Source: Candidatus Methylomirabilia bacterium
GTDB taxonomy: Bacteria; Methylomirabilota; Methylomirabilia; Rokubacteriales; CSP1-6
NCBI GenBank assembly: GCA_046758965.1
Contig: JBHIBG010000005.1
Span: 1 to 64,000 of the forward strand
Direction: 5' to 3'
Length of the DNA stretch: 64,000 nucleotides
A program made the translations under genes and the position numbers. A model generated the notes under the pieces. It worked only from the letters and a program-made list of their open reading frames with translations. It was not told where the DNA came from and made no database searches. Position 1 is the stretch's first letter; each line of letters opens with the position of its first letter. Positions 56,701 through 64,000 of this stretch are shown here, in pieces.

Positions 56701-58035
56701 ATGGCACGTGGCTCGCTGATTGACCTCTCGACCCTGGACATGGCCGGGACCCTCCAGCTCCATGGCGTTGAGGTCGAGGGGGTGAATCGGTGCGTTCACT
56801 GCGGGCTCTGTTTGGCCTACTGCCCCACCTACTCGGAGCTCGGCACCGAGATGGACTCGCCCCGGGGGCGGATCTTCTTGATCAAGTCCCTGGCAGAAGG
56901 CCGGATCGCTCTGACTGACTCGGTGGTCACTCACCTCTCGCTCTGTCTCGATTGCCGCGCATGCGAGAGTGTATGTCCCGCTGGGGTCCCCTACGGCCAG
57001 CTCGTCGAGGCAGCCAAGGGCGAGATCGAGCGGCAGCGGCCGGGTGGACCGCTGCGCCGCCTCTTCCGCTGGGCGAACTTCGCTCTTCTCCTTCCGCGGG
57101 TTCGCCTTCTCGCTCTCGCCGGCTCCATGCTGCGACTCTACCAGCGGAGCGGGCTCCAGGCCCTGGTGCGGGTCACCCGGGTCCTTCGACTCCTCCCGGG
57201 GAGGCTCGCTGTGTGGGAGGCGCTCCTGCCGGAACTGCCGCCGGCGTCCGAGCGGGCTCCGCTGCCCCCGCTGATCCCGGCTCAGGGGGCGCGTCGGGCT
57301 CGCGTGGGGCTCCTGACGGGCTGTATCCAGCAGGAGGTCTTTGGTTCCCACAACCGCGCAACGGCCAGGGTCCTGGCGCGGAATGGGGCGGAGGTCGTGG
57401 TGCCGCAGGCTCAGGCGTGCTGTGGGGCGCTTCACGCCCATGCGGGGGATCATGCTCGCGCACAACACCTGGCTCGCGGGATGATCGACGTGTTCGATGC
57501 CCAGGCGGTTGATGCCGTCGTCGTCAACACCTCCGGGTGCGGTGCTCACATGAAGGCGTACTGGCATCTCTTGAAAGATGACCCGGCGTACGCCGAGCGA
57601 GCCCGGGCGTTTTCCAGGAGGGTTCAGGATATCTCCGAGTTTCTGGCCATGGAGCCACTCCGGGGGCCGTTGGCCCCCGTGCGCCTGACCGCCACCTATC
57701 ATGACCCCTGTCATGTGGTTCATGGCCAGAAGGTCTGGAGCCAGCCCCGTCAGCTGCTCAGCCAGATACCGGAGCTCAAGCTGGTGGAACTCAACGAGGC
57801 CGACTGGTGTTGTGGCTCGGCAGGGATCTATAACCTCACCCAGCCTGAAATGGCCACGCGGCTCCAGCAGCGCAAGGTCAGGAACCTGTTGGCCACTGGG
57901 GCTGAAGCCGTGGTCACGGCTAACCCGGGCTGCATCATCCAGATCGTCCAGGGGCTTCGGGCGAGGGGCTCCGCCATCAAGGTCCTTCACCTCGTGGAGA
58001 TCCTGGACCAGGCCTCGCGCGGAGGAGAGGGTTGA
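56701..58035 (+). CDS. glcF: Glycolate oxidase Fe-S subunit
   Basis: CVHCGLCLAYCP, CLDCRACESVCP, two CCG domains. Confidence 0.92.
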   Translation: MARGSLIDLSTLDMAGTLQLHGVEVEGVNRCVHCGLCLAYCPTYSELGTEMDSPRGRIFLIKSLAEGRIALTDSVVTHLSLCLDCRACESVCPAGVPYGQLVEAAKGEIERQRPGGPLRRLFRWANFALLLPRVRLLALAGSMLRLYQRSGLQALVRVTRVLRLLPGRLAVWEALLPELPPASERAPLPPLIPAQGARRARVGLLTGCIQQEVFGSHNRATARVLARNGAEVVVPQAQACCGALHAHAGDHARAQHLARGMIDVFDAQAVDAVVVNTSGCGAHMKAYWHLLKDDPAYAERARAFSRRVQDISEFLAMEPLRGPLAPVRLTATYHDPCHVVHGQKVWSQPRQLLSQIPELKLVELNEADWCCGSAGIYNLTQPEMATRLQQRKVRNLLATGAEAVVTANPGCIIQIVQGLRARGSAIKVLHLVEILDQASRGGEG

Positions 58036-58105
58036 TGGGACGAGCCCGGGTGGGTGCGCTGCACGGTCTCCCGCCCGGGGGGTCGCTGGTTGAGGAGTGA
58101 GGGGC

Positions 58106-58627
58106 GTGTCCCACGACGATTCCACTCCCCGAGAGCACAAGGTTCACGCCCCCAAGAGTGTCCGCTGTTTCGTTCTGACGATCTCCGACACCAAGACCCC
58201 GGATACAGACGCCAGCGGCCGACTCATCCGCGAGATCTTAGAAAAGGCAGGTCACGAAGTCGTTGCCTCGGCCATCGTTCGCGACGAGCCCTCTCAGGTT
58301 CAGGCCTGTATCCGGCAGCAGTGCGCGCCGGATTCGCGGGTCCAGGCAGTGATCACGACCGGGGGAACCGGGATCACCTCCCGCGATGCCACCTTCGAGG
58401 CGGTGGAGGCGCTCCTTGACAAGCGCCTGCCCGGCTTTGGCGAGCTCTTCCGTTCCCTCTCTTACCAGGAGATCGGGCCCGCCGCCATGCTCTCGCGGGC
58501 CCAGGCGGGGATCAGCCAGGGACGGATTGTCTTCTCTCTCCCGGGATCTCCCAGCGCCTGCCGCCTGGCGATGGAAAAGCTGGTCACTCCCGAGCTGGGT
58601 CATCTCCTTCGCGAGGCAAGCCGCTAG
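58106..58627 (+). CDS. moaB: Molybdenum cofactor biosynthesis protein B (MoaB/MogA)
   Basis: LTISD, TTGGTG..RD.T.EA, GFGELFR, SRA, LPGSP. Confidence 0.9.
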   Translation: MSHDDSTPREHKVHAPKSVRCFVLTISDTKTPDTDASGRLIREILEKAGHEVVASAIVRDEPSQVQACIRQQCAPDSRVQAVITTGGTGITSRDATFEAVEALLDKRLPGFGELFRSLSYQEIGPAAMLSRAQAGISQGRIVFSLPGSPSACRLAMEKLVTPELGHLLREASR

Positions 58628-58629
58628 CC

Positions 58630-60291
58630 ATGGCGATTGTCTGGTACGAATGGGGCGCAGAGGCTTTCGCTCGAGCCCACCGGGAGTCCAAGCCGATCCT
58701 TCTCTCCCTCACCGCGGCCTGGTGTCACGCCTGCCGCCAGATGGACGCGGAGACCTGGGACCATCCCGGGGTGGAGGCGCTGGTGGAGCGGAGTGTGGTC
58801 CCGGTCAAGGTGGACGCCGACCGCCGCCCTGACCTCTACGGTCGCTACCACCTGGGAGGGCTGCCCACGACGGTGCTTCTCACCTCGCAAGCCGGGTTCG
58901 TCCGGGGCGGCACCTTCCTCTCACCACCCCAGTTCATGGGGTTCCTCAACGACGGGCTGACAACCTTTCGCACGGGGCGGCGCCCCCTGCCGCGGTCCGC
59001 GGGGCGACGAGTCCGGACTGTCCCCCCATCCCCCGAGGGCTTTGCGGCGGCCCAGGTCGCCGCTGTCGAGCGCCGCTACGATCCGGAGCACGCGGGGTTC
59101 GCCCTGGCTCCCAAGCTTCCTCACCCCGAGACCCTGACGTTCCTCCTGCGTCAGCATCCCGCCACGCCAGATGCTCAGCGAATGGCGATCCGGAGCTTGG
59201 AGGCGATCGCGGATCATCTCTGGGACACGGGCGCCGGGGGGTTCTTCCGCTATGCGGCGGGGCGGGACTGGAGCCAGCCGCATACTGAGAAGCTGGCAGT
59301 GGATCAGGCGGCCTTGATCCGGCTCTTCCTTGAGGCGGGCTCGCGGCTTGGCTCCCCTCGCTTCCTCGGTCTCGGCCGAGGCGCGGTCGAGTACGCGCTG
59401 GGTTGGCTCGCCGGCCCCGAAGGGGTTTTCTTCGGAAGCCAGGCCGCCGACCCTTCCTACTACGCCCTTCGCCCGGCCGAGCGCGCTCGGGAGGAGCCAC
59501 CAGCGGTGGACCGCCTTGGGTACGCTGATGCCACCGCTGCCATGGCTTCAGCGCTGACCTACGCGGCTGCTGTCCTGGAACTGCCCCAATGGCAGGCCCG
59601 AGCACTGACCGCGGTTGACCGGCTCATGCGACTCGTCCCGCCCGTTCCACTGCCGCACCTCCTCCTCGGCCCCTCCCCAGTGTCGGGATGGTTAAGAGAT
59701 CAGGCGCTGGGGATCCAGGCGGCCGTTGACGCCTACCGAGTTTCAGGGCGGGCGGCCTGCCTCCGGTGGGCCGGACAGTTGGCGGAGTGGGCGCTCAGCC
59801 ATCTCTGGGACGAGGAGCACGAAGCCTTCAGAGATCTCCCGGGCGATCCGGGGCCCGGGGGCGGCAAGGGTCCAGTGTTCACTCCCGTCGTTGCCAATGC
59901 CTTGATGGCTGAGGCGCTGGCGGAACTCGGCGGTCTTGAGCGCGAATCGCCGTTTGGGGAGTGGGCAGCGCGGCTCCTTACCACGCTCATGACCAAGACC
60001 GACGGCTCTGTCGCTGCTCCCGCTGTGGCTCTCGCGCTCCTGCGGGGGCAGGGGGCGACGGTCGAGGCGGAACTGGCCGGCGAACCGCACACTGCCGAGG
60101 CACAGGCCCTGGCCCGGGCGGTGATTCGAGAGTGCGGCCCGAGGGTGCGCCTCCGCTGGGTGCCGGGACCCGGGCCAGCGGTGACGCTCTGCACCCCAGA
60201 AGCCTGTTTGCCGCCCCTCGAAACTGGTAGAGATCTCGCTGAGAGCCTGAGGACGCTGGGACTTTCGCTGAGGTCAGGGCATTCACTCTGA
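58630..60291 (+). CDS. DUF255/YyaL-like thioredoxin plus alpha/alpha-barrel protein
   Basis: WGAEAF..KPILL..WCHAC..MD.ET, KVD..RPDL, GGFFRY, PHTEK. Confidence 0.85.
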   Translation: MAIVWYEWGAEAFARAHRESKPILLSLTAAWCHACRQMDAETWDHPGVEALVERSVVPVKVDADRRPDLYGRYHLGGLPTTVLLTSQAGFVRGGTFLSPPQFMGFLNDGLTTFRTGRRPLPRSAGRRVRTVPPSPEGFAAAQVAAVERRYDPEHAGFALAPKLPHPETLTFLLRQHPATPDAQRMAIRSLEAIADHLWDTGAGGFFRYAAGRDWSQPHTEKLAVDQAALIRLFLEAGSRLGSPRFLGLGRGAVEYALGWLAGPEGVFFGSQAADPSYYALRPAERAREEPPAVDRLGYADATAAMASALTYAAAVLELPQWQARALTAVDRLMRLVPPVPLPHLLLGPSPVSGWLRDQALGIQAAVDAYRVSGRAACLRWAGQLAEWALSHLWDEEHEAFRDLPGDPGPGGGKGPVFTPVVANALMAEALAELGGLERESPFGEWAARLLTTLMTKTDGSVAAPAVALALLRGQGATVEAELAGEPHTAEAQALARAVIRECGPRVRLRWVPGPGPAVTLCTPEACLPPLETGRDLAESLRTLGLSLRSGHSL

Positions 60292-60303
60292 AGGAGGAAT
60301 AGC

Positions 60304-61413
60304 ATGAGGCGGGTTCGCTCTGGAGGAATCCTGCTCGTCGTCGTTTCGCTCGTGTTGCTGTTGGGGTGCACAGCCGCGGCGCCTCCACAGGCTCCACTCT
60401 GGCAGGAGAGTGCAGGGCGGCCGATTCCGCCGGAGATCGCCCGCTTCAATGATCGGCTGGTCGAGTTAGCGGAGCGGCTCAGGTCCGGGCTGGTTCAAAT
60501 CCGGGTGCGCCGCTCAGGATCCTCGGAGGTCGAGGGCGCCGAACCGCATCAGCTCCCGCCCGATGAGAGCCGCCGCACGTCGGGCTCCGGCTTCATCATC
60601 CGAGAAGATGGGCTCGTTGTGACCAATGCCCACGTGGTGGCGTCAGCGGATCGGATTCAGGTGAGGCTCGCCGACGGGCGGCGCTTCGAAGGGAAGCTGG
60701 TGGGCCAGGATAGCCGCGTGGACCTGGCTTTGGTCAAGGCCGAGGGGGCCGAGAGGCTTCCCGCGCTTCGCCTCGGCGACAGCAACCGGCTGAGGGTCGG
60801 GGAGTTTGTCCTGGCGCTGGGCCATCCCTTCGGGCTCGAGCAGTCCGTTTCCTTCGGCATCGTCAGCCGGAGGGGCGCCCCGCTCCGTGTCGCCGCGCCC
60901 GGCTTCGATTTCATCCAAACCGATGCTGCTGTAAACCCCGGAAACTCCGGCGGGCCGCTGGTGAACATGGCTGGCGACGTGGTAGGAGTGAACAGCATGG
61001 CCACCCGCAACGGCTCTATTGGCTTCGCCATCCCCTCGAGTTTGGTGAAAGCCCTGCTGCCGGAGCTGGCGGCGAAGGGAAGGGTGGAGTGGGGGTGGCT
61101 CGGGGTGAGGATTGACGAAGTCTCCGATGAGGCGGTGCCCAGGCTCGGCCTCAGTGAGGCGCGGGGTGCGTTGATCCGTCAGGTCATGCCGGGTGAGCCG
61201 GCGGATAAGGGCGGGCTCAAGAGTGAGGACGTGATCCTGGCCGTTGATGGCGAGCCTGTCAACAGCCCTCGGGATCTCCAACGGATCATCGCGACGACGC
61301 CACCCGGGACGACCGTCGTCCTAAAGGTTATGCGCGAGGGGAGAGAGTCCGACCTGGCGGTGACCGTGGGGCTCTACCACGAGCCCGAATCCCCTGCTCG
61401 GCCCGGGCGGTGA
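60304..61413 (+). CDS. HtrA/DegP-family serine protease with one PDZ, probable lipoprotein
   Basis: LLLGC; GSGF, TNAHV, DLA, QTDAAVNPGNSGG. Confidence 0.93.
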   Translation: MRRVRSGGILLVVVSLVLLLGCTAAAPPQAPLWQESAGRPIPPEIARFNDRLVELAERLRSGLVQIRVRRSGSSEVEGAEPHQLPPDESRRTSGSGFIIREDGLVVTNAHVVASADRIQVRLADGRRFEGKLVGQDSRVDLALVKAEGAERLPALRLGDSNRLRVGEFVLALGHPFGLEQSVSFGIVSRRGAPLRVAAPGFDFIQTDAAVNPGNSGGPLVNMAGDVVGVNSMATRNGSIGFAIPSSLVKALLPELAAKGRVEWGWLGVRIDEVSDEAVPRLGLSEARGALIRQVMPGEPADKGGLKSEDVILAVDGEPVNSPRDLQRIIATTPPGTTVVLKVMREGRESDLAVTVGLYHEPESPARPGR

Positions 61414-61456
61414 GACGCCCCGGACTGCTCTCCGGCTCGGCGCGGGCCCGGGTTCC

Positions 61457-62689
61457 CTACCTGCCCGCTTGGGCCGCGGGGAGGGGGGACTCTGCCGGCG
61501 CGCCGTGGCCGTTATCGTCGATAGCACAGGCCTCGGCTCCGGCCCCTTCCCTGTGGATCGAGAGATCCTTGATGGTTGGGTTCTCGCCGCAGAGCGGGCA
61601 CTTCGGATCGCGGCGAAGCTTGACCTCTCTGAAGCGCATGCCGAGGGCATCGTAGGTCAAAAGCCGTCCGATCAGCGGCTCCCCGAACTCCGCCAGCAAC
61701 TTGAGCGCTTCGGTGGCCTGTATCAGCCCGATCACTCCTGGGAGCACGCCCAGGACGCCGGCCTCGCTTCAGGAGGGCACCAGGCCCGCCGGGGGCGGGT
61801 TGGGATAGAGGCAGCGATAGCACGGCCCCTGGTCGGGGGCCAGGACCGTGGCCATCCCGTCGAACTGGAAGATCGAGCCGTGGACGTTGGTCTTGCCCTC
61901 CAGATAGCAGGCATCGTTGACCAGGTAGCGAGTCTCAAAGTTATCGGAGCCGTCCACGACCAGGTCGTAGTCCCTGATGATGTCGAGGATGTTGTCCACC
62001 GTGATCCGCGTGGGGTAACGGATCACCGCTATGTCAGGATTCAATGCGGTGATGGTTTCGGTCGCCGATTCGACCTTGGGGCGGCCGATGTCGGACGTCC
62101 GGTGGAGGACCTGGCGCTGGAGGTTGGTGATGTCCACGCGGTCACCGTCGATGATCCCTAACGTGCCGACGCCGGCCGCGGCCAGGTAGAGGCCGGTGGG
62201 GGAGCCTAATCCGCCGGCTCCGATCAAGAGCACCTTGGAGCGGAGGAGCTTGCGCTGGCCCCTCTCGCCAATCTGCCCGAGCAGGAAATGGCGGCTGTAA
62301 CGCTGGATCTGCTCGGTGCTGAGGGGAGAGTCTTTGACGATCGGGAAGCCGGACTGGACCCACTTCTGGTAGCCTCCAGCCAGAGAGGTAACGTTCGTGA
62401 ACCCGAGCTCTCTGAGGGCTTTGCCGGCCAGGACCGACCGGAGTCCCGTCTGTCAATAGAGGGCGACAGGGGTATTGGGGTCGGTGACCGCCCCCCCGAC
62501 CCTGAATTCGAGGAAGCCTCGGCTGATGTTGACTGCGGGCTCTATGTACCCGTCGCGGTATTCGTCGGGGTCTCTGACGTCGATCAGGATCAGCGACTCC
62601 CCGGCTTCGAGCCGGGCCCTGAGAGCTTCAGGCCCCTCCTCCCTGACAACCTGCCGCGCCTCTGCGAGCATCTCCCTCAAGGTCTTCAT
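61457..62689 (-). CDS. moeB: Rhodanese-MoeB/E1 fusion, 410 aa, with two in-frame UGA (predicted selenocysteine) at codons 79 and 307
   Basis: One continuous frame; TGA at 62453-62455 in VALY-U-QTGLRS and TGA at 61769-61771 in LVPS-U-SEAGVLG; GAGGLG, CYRC and CPLC intact; AGGAG RBS. Confidence 0.9.
61736..61755 (-). promoter_or_regulatory. SECIS-like hairpin after the second UGA
   Basis: UCCUGGG-CGUGCU-CCCAGGA, 7-bp stem starting 13 nt after UGA. Confidence 0.7.
62424..62441 (-). promoter_or_regulatory. SECIS-like hairpin after the first UGA
   Basis: CCGGUCG-GUCC-UGGCCGG starting 11 nt after UGA. Confidence 0.75.
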
Positions 62690-62705
62690 TTCAAACTCCT
62701 ATTCG

Positions 62706-62744
62706 CGATTGAGTCAATAATAACCCCAATTCCGATCGAGTCAA
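62706..62744 (-). promoter_or_regulatory. sigma70-like promoter (TTGACT-N16-TATTAT) overlapped by a 12-bp direct repeat
   Basis: -35 at 62739-62744, -10 at 62717-62722; TTGACTCGATCG / TTGACTCAATCG. Confidence 0.55.
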
Positions 62745-62864
62745 GGGAAAACTCCTTCCGCTCTGCCTTCCCGGAGGGCGGGTTGCTGTACTTCTCGGAT
62801 ACTTTGGCATGCTATCTTGGAAGATGTTGAAACAGGAAACGGAAATTCCTAACCGGGAAAAGCC

Positions 62865-63926
62865 TTGAAAGGTCTCATTCTCTCTGGGGGCCGGGGGACC
62901 CGGCTTCGCCCGATCACCTACACTTCAGCCAAGCAACTGGTCCCCGTGGCGAACAAACCGATCCTGTTCTATGGCATCGAGGCGTTGGCCGCCTCAGGGA
63001 TCACGGAGGTCGGGATCGTCGTCGGGGACACCAAGCGGGAGATCATGGAGGCCGTGGGGGACGGGAGCCGCTTCGGCATCGCGGTCACCTATCTCGAGCA
63101 GGAAGCCCCCCTCGGCCTGGCCCACGCGGTCCTGATCTCCGAGCACTTCCTGGGGCGGGAGCCGTTTCTCATGTATCTCGGGGACAACCTGGTGAGGGAG
63201 AGCCTGGCCTCCTTGGTGCGGCGCTTCGAGGAGGAGAAGCCGAACGCCCAGATCCTCCTGGCGCGCGTTCCCAACCCGCAGCAGTTCGGCGTCGCCGAGC
63301 TCCAGGACGGGAAGGTTGTCCGCCTCGTGGAGAAGCCTAGCCGGCCGCCCTCTGATCTGGCGCTGGTCGGGGTGTACATGTTCGACCAGCATGTCTTTGA
63401 TGCCGTGAAAGCCATCAGGCCATCGTGGCGGGGGGAGCTGGAGATCACCGACGCCATCCAGTGGCTGATCGACACCGGACTGAGCGTGCGTCCGTATGTC
63501 ATCGACGGGTGGTGGAAGGACACCGGGAAGCTCGAGGACATTCTCGAGGCCAACCGCATCATCCTGGATACGATTCAGACTCGGGTGGAGGGAGAGGTGG
63601 TGGCCTCCGAGCTGCACGGGAAAGTGATCGTGGAGGCGGGGGCGAGGGTGGTTGGAAGCGTCATCCGCGGCCCCGCCATCATCGGCGCCGGAGCCGTGAT
63701 CGAGAACAGTTTCATCGGTCCCTTCACTGCCGTGGGCGAGCAGGCTCTCATCCGCGCCAGCGAGGTCGAGCATTCCATCATCCTCGAAGGTTCCCGCATC
63801 ACGGATGTGGGCGGGCGGGTCGAGTCGAGCCTGGTGGGCAGGAACGTGACCATCTACCGGTCCGACGCCAAGCCTAGAGCCTACAACTTCGTGCTGGGGG
63901 ACCGGTCCGAGATCCGACTGACGTGA
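62865..63926 (+). CDS. rmlA: Glucose-1-phosphate thymidylyltransferase (long form)
   Basis: LSGGRGTRLRPIT..KQL.PVANKP, LGDN, EKP, RGELEITD, WKDTG. Confidence 0.92.
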   Translation: MKGLILSGGRGTRLRPITYTSAKQLVPVANKPILFYGIEALAASGITEVGIVVGDTKREIMEAVGDGSRFGIAVTYLEQEAPLGLAHAVLISEHFLGREPFLMYLGDNLVRESLASLVRRFEEEKPNAQILLARVPNPQQFGVAELQDGKVVRLVEKPSRPPSDLALVGVYMFDQHVFDAVKAIRPSWRGELEITDAIQWLIDTGLSVRPYVIDGWWKDTGKLEDILEANRIILDTIQTRVEGEVVASELHGKVIVEAGARVVGSVIRGPAIIGAGAVIENSFIGPFTAVGEQALIRASEVEHSIILEGSRITDVGGRVESSLVGRNVTIYRSDAKPRAYNFVLGDRSEIRLT

Positions 63927-63940
63927 GGAGCAACAGGCCG

Positions 63941-64000
63941 GTGGAGCTCAGCGACAAGGCCCGGCGGGCATTCCAGGTTCAGGAGTACCCTCCGAAGCCG
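63941..64000 (+). CDS. Start of a downstream gene, truncated by the window edge; product not determinable
   Basis: GAGGAG upstream of GTG; open to the window end (MELSDKARRAFQVQEYPPKP). Confidence 0.4.
   Translation, partial: MELSDKARRAFQVQEYPPKP

Noticed and set aside
53932..58140. Three minus-strand ORFs of over 500 aa
   Set aside because: Antisense shadows of glcD, glcE and glcF.
61457..62689. Pseudogene or three separate genes; or genome-wide UGA reassignment
   Set aside because: Both stops are TGA, both fall on conserved Cys positions, both have downstream hairpins, and there is no other decay. TGA is a normal stop for serS, recR, tadA, smpB and rmlA in this window.

Overview
High-GC bacterial chromosome segment spanning the replication origin. 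Gene content and the intergenic repeats suggest Rokubacteria/Methylomirabilota, but that is inference only. Core content: rpmH-rnpA-yidD-yidC-jag-rsmG-parS-parA-parB-mnmA-atpFHAGDC; dnaA-oriC-dnaN-gyrB-gyrA-serS; tadA-large SRP RNA-dnaX-ybaB-recR; smpB-tmRNA-amidase-rph-rdgB; glcDEF-moaB; and 13 tRNA genes. Two accessory blocks sit between tRNA genes. One (about 2.9-8.8 kb) holds three paralogous coiled-coil proteins, a duplicated His/Cys module under duplicated sigma54-type promoters, and GIY-YIG and DEDDh nucleases. The other (about 42.2-46.8 kb) holds a coiled-coil/4TM/vWA-lipoprotein operon, a wHTH-TM protein and a Pal-like lipoprotein. Top finding: three apparent ORF fragments at 61457-62689 (-) form one 410-aa rhodanese-MoeB/E1 fusion. 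Two in-frame UGA codons fall exactly on conserved functional Cys positions, each followed by a bacterial SECIS-like hairpin, so it is a candidate two-selenocysteine protein.
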